64,000 nt of DNA from a virus (IMGVR_UViG_3300020576_005620:32001-96000), one strand, 5' to 3'. Shown: positions 8,364 through 17,594, numbered from the stretch's first letter. The notes: a model not told the origin generated them from the letters alone. Made by a program: numbers and translations.

Positions 8364-8573
8364 ATGAAAGTATACTTAACTTTTTTTCATATTGATTATG
8401 AGAGCACTGTCTGCCTTTCGGTTCACTCCTCTAAAGAGGGTGCAATAAAAAGAATAGAAGAGAGCTTAGTGTCAGATGATAATGGTGACAAATATGAATT
8501 TGACTCTGAATATTGTACGTGGTATCTTAACGGATATTCATATTCAATAGAAGAAGAAGATTTGTTAGACTAG
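8364..8573 (+). CDS. small hypothetical phage protein
   Basis: 69-aa ORF, MKVY...SVHSSKEGA...YSIEE pattern. Confidence 0.7.
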   Translation: MKVYLTFFHIDYESTVCLSVHSSKEGAIKRIEESLVSDDNGDKYEFDSEYCTWYLNGYSYSIEEEDLLD

Positions 8574-8578
8574 GGGAA

Positions 8579-8858
8579 TCGAAGGTTTAAGGAGTTGCCA
8601 CTCCTTAGATGAGTTTACGTAGATCTCATACAACTACGAGCCGTGTAAGCTGGCACAAGCTGCCTTTTTGACTCAGGGTTAAGTCTAACTCTAGCGTCCG
8701 CACTCGCGTTAAAGTGATAAGTTGTTTCCTGATTTCTTGCATTAAAGGAAATTAGATCGCTCCCCTAGCGTTCAAGAAAAAAGGGTCGTTTACGTAGGGT
8801 TCTAGAACAACCTGCGTATCTTTGGGGGAATAAATAGTGGCAACTATCCCCCTTACGA
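8579..8858 (+). ncRNA. unknown ~280-nt multi-hairpin RNA
   Basis: no long ORF; many hairpins; complementary 5' and 3' hairpin loops (TGCC/GGCA). Confidence 0.55.
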
Positions 8859-8862
8859 TTTT

Positions 8863-8949
8863 GGAAGGTTGGCTGAGTGGTTAAAGCAACGGTTTGGAAA
8901 ACCGTCACCTCTTAGGGGTGCATAGGTTCGAATCCTATACCTTCCGCCA
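8863..8949 (+). tRNA. tRNA-Ser(GGA)
   Basis: cloverleaf, long variable arm, loop TTGGAAA, CCA. Confidence 0.95.
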
Positions 8950-8960
8950 AGGAGTTACAA

Positions 8961-9359
8961 GTGGAATTAAAAAATCTAAACAAAGAATCAATCGTTTCAA
9001 TAGATGAAATCACAAAAAAGACAGTTGGTGGATTTCTTATAAGGGGTATCGGGTCTCTACTTATTCCCTTTGTTTTGTGGCTCACCTATTGCTGGTTCTG
9101 CAACAAATATAGTACGCCGCAATTTTTTAGCTTTTCAGATTTTATCATAGCTACTACTGCTCTTCTTCTTTTGCAAAATACAGGATATAGCCCTACTCAA
9201 GCAGGTACTGTTGATGTTGCTTCTGATGATCCAAATCAACTGATTAGTAACGTTAAAAAGTACGTAACTCAAGCTTATATGGCACTAGCTATTAAATGGA
9301 TTGTCTCTCCATTAGTGGGCTTAGGAGCTATCTATCTCCTTTTTACTTTCACAAAATGA
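8961..9359 (+). CDS. membrane protein
   Basis: three hydrophobic segments. Confidence 0.7.
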   Translation: MELKNLNKESIVSIDEITKKTVGGFLIRGIGSLLIPFVLWLTYCWFCNKYSTPQFFSFSDFIIATTALLLLQNTGYSPTQAGTVDVASDDPNQLISNVKKYVTQAYMALAIKWIVSPLVGLGAIYLLFTFTK

Positions 9360-10168
9360 ATATTCAAAAAGAGATCGTTGAGCATTATAACGAAAAAGTT
9401 TCCAAGAGAGTAGATACAAGAATCAGACGAAGAATTACCTATTGGCAAATGCGGGTTGATTTAGGTGTCTATATAGCTGCGATTATTCTTCTTGGAATCT
9501 TCACAGGTAATGCTGCCTTTTTTGTACTTGCAATATTCATAGCTACTATGGGGGCACTTGCAGTTGGTATTTCATGTTCTGGAGTACGCGTACACTGGGA
9601 TTCTTATTTTGTCCCCATAGGTATATTTTCTTTCTTAGTACCCACTCTCGAAATTAAGAAAGAGAAGAAAAAAGTAGCTATTACACCTAAATCTTTAGCA
9701 GAACCTAGTATTTATTCTAGGGCATTCTGCTACTATTCTGATAAACTAGTTAATGATTATGATTACATCATTAAATCAATAACTAACAAGATCCAAGAAT
9801 GTAATTCTCATCTTGAATCAACTAATGCTTTCTTAAGCAATCCTAATCTGGAAGATAGGCAGGAACTTGCCCAGTTGTTAAAAACCAAGATTGAAGGACA
9901 TCTACAAATTCTTCAAGAGCAAAAAGATTCTGCTGAGTTAGGTCAGGCAGAGCTTAAGAAGGAACTTGGACAATTAAGAGCATCTATTGACCAAAGAGAG
10001 TCTTTGTATGGGCTGGCCGCTACGTACAATTTAGTTGTGTCTACAGAAGAAGATATAGCTCTCTTTTCTAAGAGTCTTGAGAGATTAAATCAAATCAAAC
10101 AAGAGGTCTTTGTCAAGATTAACACAGAGAAAGAGCTTCAAGTATTAAATCTTAAAGCTTTATCTTAA
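9356..10168 (+). CDS. membrane + coiled-coil protein, paralog A
   Basis: starts MNIQKEIVEHYNEKV; colinear similarity to 10185-11018. Confidence 0.75.
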   Translation: MNIQKEIVEHYNEKVSKRVDTRIRRRITYWQMRVDLGVYIAAIILLGIFTGNAAFFVLAIFIATMGALAVGISCSGVRVHWDSYFVPIGIFSFLVPTLEIKKEKKKVAITPKSLAEPSIYSRAFCYYSDKLVNDYDYIIKSITNKIQECNSHLESTNAFLSNPNLEDRQELAQLLKTKIEGHLQILQEQKDSAELGQAELKKELGQLRASIDQRESLYGLAATYNLVVSTEEDIALFSKSLERLNQIKQEVFVKINTEKELQVLNLKALS

Positions 10169-10184
10169 CAGGTGAAATACACAA

Positions 10185-11018
10185 GTGAATATACAGCAAG
10201 AAATCGTCGAGTATTACAATAAGAAAGTACTAGAGGAAAGAAAATCCCTTACGTACTACATAGATATCTATACTATGATATCAGATGTTCTTCTTTACAC
10301 ATTAGTACTTAACTTCCTTATCCCCTCTGGAACAACTGAATGGTGGGTAAACTATATGATTAAACCTGTTGTAATCTTTATGGTTTCTCTTATTGTCTGC
10401 ATAGTAATTTCCTCAGCATCAGGAAAAGTTGTTGGTAGTGGGGGTGGTGACGGCCCATGTGGACCAGTTAGTTACTTTTCTTCTTTCTTTAAAAGAGAAA
10501 AGCAAATTAAAAAAGCTCAAATTACTTCTTTATCTAGTGTAGAACCAAGCATTTTTTCTAATGCTTTTGAGTTCTATTCTTCTAAGTTGGATAATGATTA
10601 TACTTATGTCATTAAACAACTAGGAGAGAAACTTGCTAATATTGATGAACATCAAAAGAAAATAAGAAACTTTAAGCATTTAGATACAAAAAAGGAAGTC
10701 GTTCAACAACTTAATGAAAGACTTTCTTCTCAAAAAGATGTTTTTCTACAACAGCTTACTATTGCGAATCAAGCACGAAGTGAACTGCAAAAAGAGCTAA
10801 ATTCTGTGTTATCTATGTGTCAAGAATCAGAAGAACTTTACTCTATTACACAGACGTATAATCTAATTCATAACAATGAAGAAGATATTGCTCTGATCAC
10901 TAGTGCATTAGAGAGATTAAGCTCTATTAAAGAAGAGGTTATTCTGAAGATTAAATCTGAAGAAGAAGCTATGGCACTTTCTATTATTGAAATGCCACAA
11001 TTAGAGAGAGTTGGCTGA
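10185..11018 (+). CDS. membrane + coiled-coil protein, paralog B
   Basis: starts MNIQQEIVEYYNKKV; shares EPSI.S.AF..YS.KL.NDY and EEDIAL...LERL with paralog A. Confidence 0.75.
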   Translation: MNIQQEIVEYYNKKVLEERKSLTYYIDIYTMISDVLLYTLVLNFLIPSGTTEWWVNYMIKPVVIFMVSLIVCIVISSASGKVVGSGGGDGPCGPVSYFSSFFKREKQIKKAQITSLSSVEPSIFSNAFEFYSSKLDNDYTYVIKQLGEKLANIDEHQKKIRNFKHLDTKKEVVQQLNERLSSQKDVFLQQLTIANQARSELQKELNSVLSMCQESEELYSITQTYNLIHNNEEDIALITSALERLSSIKEEVILKIKSEEEAMALSIIEMPQLERVG

Positions 11019-11093
11019 GTTGGCTTAAGGCACCGGTCTGCTAAACCGGAGGAGTTTCGGCTCCCACTGGTTCGAATCCAGTACTCTCTGCCA
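11005..11093 (+). tRNA. tRNA-Ser(GCT)
   Basis: cloverleaf, long variable arm, loop CTGCTAA, CCA; overlaps the upstream CDS stop. Confidence 0.95.
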
Positions 11094-11118
11094 ATACTTA
11101 ACTAGAGAGGATAACAAA

Positions 11119-12029
11119 ATGAACTCGCAGGACGCATACTAGGGGTAGTTAACAAACATTTCCTAGAATTTAACTACCCCCTAATAACTAAAAACACTAA
11201 CATACTGCCAGAAGACAAATCTACTTTATTTGTTTGTAGCGGTATGCAGGTAATACAAGATAACTTTACTGATCCGGTTTTGGAAAGGTGTTCTAGTTTA
11301 CAGTCTTGTATCAGAACAAATGACATTGATCTAGTAGGTGATGGGTCGCATCTTACCTACTTTGAAATGTTAGGAAACTTTTCCTTCCAAAACAATGACT
11401 ATGATTCCGCATGTCTAATGTGGAATAGAATCATAAGAGAGCTTCATCTTCCAGTTAGTCATATAACAGTTCATCCTACACAACAAACTCATTCTCTTCT
11501 GTGGAAGGGATTGGGATATCTTGTTGTTGAAGATGATTCTTGTGTATGGTCTAATGGAAATATAGGGGGCTATTGCTGTGAAGTCTTTTGTGATGATCTA
11601 GAAATAGGGAATCTTGTTAACCCATTAGAACACTCTGTGGATGTTGGATTTGGGTTTGAGAGACTTGTTCAAGTCCTTGAAGGCAAGGAAAGAGTTGATG
11701 AAACCTCTATTTTTGATACCTCCCTCCCACCAATATTAAGAGACCATATAAGAACACTGACTTCATTTAACAATGCAAGTGTAGAACCAGGATCTAAAGG
11801 TCCTAACAGTATTTGCAGACAATTAGTGAGAAGAATCATTCAATATGAATCTCCTAATTTACCAAGTTGGTTGAATGTTTGGATTGAAAAGGAGCAAAAA
11901 CTCCTAGAACAAAAGCAGAGTCTTTTAATTAAGTACAAAGATCAATTTGTAAACAAACCATTTGAGTACTGGTACCAAACTTATGGCTTAACTGAGGAAG
12001 AAATAACTCAGTATCTTGGCTCTATTTAG
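11119..12029 (+). CDS. alaS: minimal alanyl-tRNA synthetase-like protein (catalytic domain only; start uncertain)
   Basis: STLFVCSGMQ, QSCIRTNDIDLVGDGSHLTYFEMLGNFSF, GYCCEVF, LEIGNLV, VDVGFGFERL, DHIRT; homology runs upstream of the track start at 11244. Confidence 0.88.
12020..12029 (+). promoter_or_regulatory. CTCTATTTAG motif variant
   Basis: about 34 nt upstream of a virion-like gene. Confidence 0.45.
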
Positions 12030-12062
12030 TAGAACTATTTTTAGTTCAAAAGGTAGAGCAAT

Positions 12063-14171
12063 ATGCCAGAACCAAATACTAGTTACGCAAATATACATAT
12101 TGATAATAATGGCAACGTTGCTATTAGTACTACTCAACCGATGACAAACTTCACGGTTGGTGCTCCTTCAGGTATTGTTCTACAGATAGATGGAACAGCC
12201 TCTTTCCGTGATTTAATAGGTGCCGGTACCCGCCTTACCGCCGCATCCAGCGGTGGTGTACTTGTACCTATTAATCTTAGCAGTGCTTCTTTAGCTGTTT
12301 CTGGTACTAACCTTGTTGTTTCAAATCTTGAAGCTTCCAGTTTTAGCACCAATCTAAAAGCAGAGATGAGAGATAACTCTTTCTCAGATCTTGCACTAAG
12401 AAATACAGTAAGTCAAGTTAACCGTGGTCCAGTTGTTATTAGAAACAATTCGGATGTTTATGATGTCTATATCAAAGCTGGTCAGTATGAGTGGTCAAAG
12501 TGGTCCATTAGTCAGAGTGCAGCTGGACGAAGACATGGCATCAAAGAAATCCACATTGAGAATTGGTTTAACTGGGCACCTCTTATGTCTTCAAGCACAG
12601 CTTGGAGAACTGCAGGAAGCAATGTAAGATACAGTGTTAATACCTACGCTATTGGTGGTATTCAGCCTTACTTTACTGATGGCTGTTCTTGTGATGTAAC
12701 TATCACAGGTGAAGGCCCACTCTTCATGTATTTGATGGCAAGAAGTGGTACAGGAAGTAGTGGTACTGTTCAAGCAGCTCTTGTGTCTGGTCCTACTGTG
12801 GACTACGATAACTGGGAGCTCTATCACCACGTTCAGAGTACTGACTCTTATGCACCTGCATTTAGTAGGATTCATCCATATCTTCCATATGGTACATACA
12901 CTGTAAGATTGACACACACCTCGAGTGGTGCTTCTTACCCAGCTGAAGCGTTCCCAATTGCTTTAGGCTTTGCTAATGGTACTCCATATGAGAAAGCAAA
13001 TACTATAGTAAAACACGCACCTACGCTTGCAGGATTCTGCAAGGAAGATGGATCTAGCTATACAAGTATTGTAGCTACAGATATGACTTCTGGTGGTTTA
13101 ACAAACACCGTTAACCACGATTCTCCTAAGGATTTTGACACAGGTGGTCCTTACTACTTTGTTGTTGGTTCACCGACTGGTCACCATGTAAACAAAATAG
13201 AATTGGAGTTCATTGTTGCTAACTCTGGCGGTGGTACGCTTAAGGTGTATTACTGGAATGGATCTGCTTTAGCAGAAGCCAGTCTCCATATGAACACCAT
13301 GGGGTCAATGAACAATGATGGTTATGTGTCATTCTACACCCCTACAGACATTGTTGCAAACACTGTTAATAGTCACACAGGATATCATTACTACTTAAGA
13401 AGTTCTACATCCATGGGTGGTGTGCAGTTCAACAATGTTTGGCTTCATTCACAGGTACCATTCTACCAAGAAGTTAAATATCTCAATCATGAGACTAATT
13501 CTGAATTGGAAATGGTAACTTGTAGATATGAGAATGGTCCTACAAGTAACGAACAGGACATGGGTGGTGGACATGATAACGAAGCTAGAACTTCTTTTGA
13601 TATCCTTGCCGATGGAGTAAGTATTGTTTCTTCACTCACAAATGGAAAGGCTCAGAAAGCACAATCTATTGTCTTTAAGCAGGAACTAAGTTTGTTTACA
13701 AACTTCCAAGTTACTGGATCTGCTGTAGCTCAGTATTCGTTGAGACATGAGATTGGAAGTGGTGGAATTGCTGTTGACTGGTACATGACATACCTTGCAC
13801 AGTCAACTCTTAATCCATTCTACTATCCTTACATGCTCCCCTCAAACATTAATGTGTTTAGCCACATTAACTGGGTTTACTCAGATAGAATAGTAACAAC
13901 CACCCTTCCAACAACTGGTGAAGTTTCTAAAGTTGGTGGAGAGGCAGTTGGTGCTTTCTTTACTTCTACTGAACATAAGTACAGACTAGGTATTTCAACC
14001 CAGTTTGCACAGGAATCAGCGTATAATTATAGAAGTGGTGATACTTGGTTTGTTCTTACTATAAACCCGTATTCCAAGATTTACTGTCATGGATCTGGAA
14101 ACACTAATGGTTACATTACTGTTCCAGCTAACCATACAATCTTTGGTAAATCTTTCTATTATTGTTATTAA
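12063..14171 (+). CDS. putative virion/tail-associated protein
   Basis: N-terminal GNVAISTTQP fibre-type repeat; Ser/Thr/Gly-rich, beta-rich. Confidence 0.6.
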   Translation: MPEPNTSYANIHIDNNGNVAISTTQPMTNFTVGAPSGIVLQIDGTASFRDLIGAGTRLTAASSGGVLVPINLSSASLAVSGTNLVVSNLEASSFSTNLKAEMRDNSFSDLALRNTVSQVNRGPVVIRNNSDVYDVYIKAGQYEWSKWSISQSAAGRRHGIKEIHIENWFNWAPLMSSSTAWRTAGSNVRYSVNTYAIGGIQPYFTDGCSCDVTITGEGPLFMYLMARSGTGSSGTVQAALVSGPTVDYDNWELYHHVQSTDSYAPAFSRIHPYLPYGTYTVRLTHTSSGASYPAEAFPIALGFANGTPYEKANTIVKHAPTLAGFCKEDGSSYTSIVATDMTSGGLTNTVNHDSPKDFDTGGPYYFVVGSPTGHHVNKIELEFIVANSGGGTLKVYYWNGSALAEASLHMNTMGSMNNDGYVSFYTPTDIVANTVNSHTGYHYYLRSSTSMGGVQFNNVWLHSQVPFYQEVKYLNHETNSELEMVTCRYENGPTSNEQDMGGGHDNEARTSFDILADGVSIVSSLTNGKAQKAQSIVFKQELSLFTNFQVTGSAVAQYSLRHEIGSGGIAVDWYMTYLAQSTLNPFYYPYMLPSNINVFSHINWVYSDRIVTTTLPTTGEVSKVGGEAVGAFFTSTEHKYRLGISTQFAQESAYNYRSGDTWFVLTINPYSKIYCHGSGNTNGYITVPANHTIFGKSFYYCY

Positions 14172-14188
14172 CAAAGACTACTAAATTT

Positions 14189-14537
14189 GGGGCTGTCAGG
14201 CTTCGATGGTGTACTAGATACCTTAGTTGCAGGGCGTGGATGTATCCTTGGCCACGTAAAAATGGATATAAAAAATAAGCGACAAATCATACGCTTTCTT
14301 GGGTTAATTACCTAAGCCGCTGAAAGATGGACGAGTTAGAGTACTCTGATGCGGACGAATTGAACTAACTAAGCTCAAAAACTTTTGTTTAAGGTTGGGA
14401 GTCGAAAATTGAATTAAACAAGACTTCAGATAGGTTTGTCCTTCCCAAAATCTGATTTTACTAAATAAGGAAAAACTCTGTAGTAGCTGACGTTGAAGGT
14501 AGATCAGAAGGGGGTTCGATTCCCCCCAGCTCCACCA
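14189..14537 (+). ncRNA. ssrA: tmRNA
   Basis: 5' GGGGCTG...TTCGA, 3' GGGGTTCGATTCCCCCCAGCTCCACCA with G3:U70; tag ORF 14281-14307 (DKSYAFLG*). Confidence 0.95.
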
Positions 14538-14569
14538 AATTTTAAATGGTTAAAATCCATTAAACTTTA

Positions 14570-14596
14570 GGGGTCCCAATTGGGACCCCCTTTTTT
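14570..14596 (+). terminator. intrinsic terminator
   Basis: GGGGTCCCA-AT-TGGGACCCC followed by T6. Confidence 0.8.
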
Positions 14597-14599
14597 ATC

Positions 14600-14860
14600 A
14601 TGGAGACCTATGTAGAACTAGACCCCAACCATCTTTGGTCGGAACCTGAAAAAGTAACTTTAGAAAATCTATTTGTAGAAGAAGATTATCTATGGGCTGA
14701 GTATAAATCAGAAGCATTTCTTGTAATTATGAAGCTGGATTATTGTGCTTTATACCATGAAAAAATAGTCTTATTTAAGGGAGATTACTACTTTTGTACT
14801 ATTGATACTAGAAAATATCTTAATGGTGAAGTAAATGATGTTGAACTTAAGGCTATATAA
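14600..14860 (+). CDS. tandem paralog family member 1
   Basis: YHEKIVLFKGDYY...LKAI. Confidence 0.75.
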   Translation: METYVELDPNHLWSEPEKVTLENLFVEEDYLWAEYKSEAFLVIMKLDYCALYHEKIVLFKGDYYFCTIDTRKYLNGEVNDVELKAI

Positions 14861-15186
14861 TGGAGTTACCACCAACTAACGATACTTTTTCTGTGGAAGA
14901 ATTGATAGAAAAAGGTATCTTTATTAGTCCTTTTGGGTTAATAACTAGAAAAGATAGAGAAACATTGTTTTTACATCACCTTTCTTCTCGTAAAACTAAT
15001 AACAGTTTTGACTTACTAGTAAGAGTTTCTGAAGAACAAAATGTTGTTAGAAGTGTAGGCTGTAACTATAAAAATATGAAGAAATACCAGAATAAAATAG
15101 TTTTCTTTAAAGGTTCTCCTTATATTTTTTCATCTGAGGGACCTACCTATCATGGGTTTCATTCAATCTCCCTAGAACCTATATGA
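14860..15186 (+). CDS. tandem paralog family member 2
   Basis: YQNKIVFFKGSPY...LEPI. Confidence 0.75.
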   Translation: MELPPTNDTFSVEELIEKGIFISPFGLITRKDRETLFLHHLSSRKTNNSFDLLVRVSEEQNVVRSVGCNYKNMKKYQNKIVFFKGSPYIFSSEGPTYHGFHSISLEPI

Positions 15187-15494
15187 TTAACTTAGAAGAC
15201 TATGCAGATTCTTTTGTTGTCTCAAGCGTGTCACTTCATCCAATACCTTTGATTCCTTCTAACTTTGAAATATCAGAGGGGAGTTTTATGCGGGTAAGAG
15301 ATAAACTTGGAATTTTTGATATACTTCTAATTCTCAATATAGACCCAAACTTCCAAAAGTTTAATGGGCAAGTTGTTTCTTTTAAAGATGCTCCTTATTT
15401 CGTTTCTTTGGAAAAGTATAAAGGATTTATACCTATAATTAATCAAATGGATCCTTCTGTGACTGGTTATATGTTAAAATTAGAGGCTGTGTAA
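15183..15494 (+). CDS. tandem paralog family member 3
   Basis: FNGQVVSFKDAPY...LEAV. Confidence 0.75.
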   Translation: MINLEDYADSFVVSSVSLHPIPLIPSNFEISEGSFMRVRDKLGIFDILLILNIDPNFQKFNGQVVSFKDAPYFVSLEKYKGFIPIINQMDPSVTGYMLKLEAV

Positions 15495-15772
15495 TGGACA
15501 TAATAGAACTGAACATTAAACATCTTGAGTGCCAATCTAATCGTCTTTTTACTCTTGATGACCTTTCTATTGACCCCTCTACTGGCCAGCTTACGTACTA
15601 TACCGGTATTACCCGTTTTATAGTAAACATAGGCACTAATTTTACTTTTCTTTACAACGGCAAAATTGTTTTCTTTAAAGAAGTAGCCTATTTTTGCACT
15701 ACTTCTAAAATTCCACTCAAACTATGTGGTATTACTGCCCTTAGAGGGTGCACAAGGTTTTCTCCGATTTGA
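15494..15772 (+). CDS. tandem paralog family member 4
   Basis: YNGKIVFFKEVAY...FSPI. Confidence 0.75.
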   Translation: MDIIELNIKHLECQSNRLFTLDDLSIDPSTGQLTYYTGITRFIVNIGTNFTFLYNGKIVFFKEVAYFCTTSKIPLKLCGITALRGCTRFSPI

Positions 15773-15773
15773 C

Positions 15774-16139
15774 ATGGAAGACTTTTTTGATTACTTAGAC
15801 TTTCTTTTTATAGAGATCCGGGCTCAGGATAATGAAGATCACTTTGGTTTTACAAAACTTGTCTCTCTTTCAACACATATTTATGTATCTGAGGGTGGCT
15901 ACAAGGGTGCAGCTAATATAAGATTTAGAGTTATATACAATATTCACCCCTCAAAAGCCTTTTTGTTTTCTTATTACAGAGTTGGTGAAGCAGAGAGTGG
16001 TTACTTTGTCTGTACAGATTCTGATCATTATCTCCTATTCCATGGAAAAGTTTTTAGTGTTAGGAATAAACCATACATAGTTGTGTGTGAAGAAGACACT
16101 GTTGCTAAAATGTATTACTTTTATTTAGAGGCTATATAG
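15774..16139 (+). CDS. tandem paralog family member 5
   Basis: MEDFFDYL...FHGKVFSVRNKPY...LEAI. Confidence 0.75.
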   Translation: MEDFFDYLDFLFIEIRAQDNEDHFGFTKLVSLSTHIYVSEGGYKGAANIRFRVIYNIHPSKAFLFSYYRVGEAESGYFVCTDSDHYLLFHGKVFSVRNKPYIVVCEEDTVAKMYYFYLEAI

Positions 16140-16408
16140 TGTCAATAATACAATTAGATGTAAGACATCTTCAGTGTTACAATTATAATTTTTACACCCT
16201 TAAAGACCTTATTATTGATCCTAATACCTGGCATCTTTACTGCTGTATGGGGAGAAGTCGTTTAATTATATCTATAAGCAATCCATATACAGAGCTATAC
16301 CATAGTAAAGTTGTCATCTTTAGGGGGCAACATTACTTATGTAATGTTATGAAAACAAAAAACCAGCTTGGTAGTTTTGATGTTAATACGACTTTTTACG
16401 TAATCTGA
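16139..16408 (+). CDS. tandem paralog family member 6
   Basis: YHSKVVIFRGQHY; closest to member 4. Confidence 0.75.
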   Translation: MSIIQLDVRHLQCYNYNFYTLKDLIIDPNTWHLYCCMGRSRLIISISNPYTELYHSKVVIFRGQHYLCNVMKTKNQLGSFDVNTTFYVI

Positions 16409-16410
16409 TT

Positions 16411-16768
16411 ATGGAAGATTTTTTTCGACTACTTAACCTATCTCTATATAGAGTATCAGTATGATGAGGACTGTCCTGCTTTTGCAAAATTGGATTTGTT
16501 AGCAGACTCTAGTTATGTTTCTATAGGAGGGTATAGAGAATGTGTTAATTTATGGTTTTCATCACATAGAAATAATATTATTAAGAAAACCTTTCTAAAA
16601 GCTTACTATAAACCTGGAAAAATACAAGGATACTATGTCTGTACATATTTTAAGTACTGTCACATATTCCACGGAAAAATTTTTAGCATTAAAGGTATAC
16701 CATATTTAGTTCAATGTGAAGAGAATGTTATAGATAATATGTATTACCTTTGTATAGAGGCTGTTTAA
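16411..16768 (+). pseudogene. tandem paralog family member 7, frameshifted in a T7 run
   Basis: removing one T restores MEDFFDYLTYLYIE... in frame with ORF 16490-16768, colinear with member 5. Confidence 0.7.
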
Positions 16769-16769
16769 T

Positions 16770-17060
16770 ATGTCCTGTATTAATATCAATCCTTCTCATT
16801 TTTTTATAGTGTTTAATTGTAAGCCCCCACAGATAGAGAATATTTTTATCAATGAACAGGGGTATCTTAGAACTAATTCTACTGGTATTAATAATAGAAT
16901 ATTTCTTAATCCTCTGTTTGTCTCTCATTATGACAAGAAGATAGTTTCCTTTAATCGCAGTTCTTACTATTGTTCAGTACAGACTACTTATCAAAGTTTA
17001 CTTGACTTTGTTGTTCTTACAAGAAATCCATACTACTATCTTAAGTTAGAAGAAATATGA
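16770..17060 (+). CDS. tandem paralog family member 8
   Basis: YDKKIVSFNRSSY...LEEI. Confidence 0.75.
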   Translation: MSCININPSHFFIVFNCKPPQIENIFINEQGYLRTNSTGINNRIFLNPLFVSHYDKKIVSFNRSSYYCSVQTTYQSLLDFVVLTRNPYYYLKLEEI

Positions 17061-17431
17061 ACGAAGAACAACTATTCAATTCGTTTGATGCACAGGAACT
17101 AAAGCAATTTTTAAAACTATGTCAACTTCCTGTGGATAAAAAAGTTCAAAAAGAAGATTTTAAAGTATATGATGAGTACTTTGATCCCTGGCCCTTCTTA
17201 TCAGGAAGGTTTCTAAGAATTTTCATTAATAACTCAACTGTCTCTGATTTATGGGGCACACCAGTAGTTCCACAAAGTATTGCTAAGGCTTTGCAAAATA
17301 AGGTTATTTTTTTAAATGGTATTCCGTTCTATGTAAAAACTATTGCAACTGCGGAACCAAGTAATTTGCGTGATTTAGAGTCAAGTGAACGTTGTCGTTC
17401 CTTCTACTCTGTAACAGTAGAAGAAATTTAA
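17057..17431 (+). CDS. tandem paralog family member 9
   Basis: LQNKVIFLNGIPF...VEEI. Confidence 0.7.
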   Translation: MNEEQLFNSFDAQELKQFLKLCQLPVDKKVQKEDFKVYDEYFDPWPFLSGRFLRIFINNSTVSDLWGTPVVPQSIAKALQNKVIFLNGIPFYVKTIATAEPSNLRDLESSERCRSFYSVTVEEI

Positions 17432-17453
17432 CTATTAAAGAGGTTCTATAGTA

Positions 17454-17594
17454 ATGAGTATAATGATATGTAGTACATGTGACAGACAACCAGACACAGA
17501 TTTCCAAGATTTTGATTATTCTACAATGCAGTGTGAACAATGCATTTCAAAGGGGGTAGAACCTGTAGAATTTCATCCTGAATATAAATCTTAA
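17454..17594 (+). CDS. small CxxC...CxxC protein (46 aa, not in ORF track)
   Basis: ICSTCDR...QCEQC. Confidence 0.55.
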   Translation: MSIMICSTCDRQPDTDFQDFDYSTMQCEQCISKGVEPVEFHPEYKS

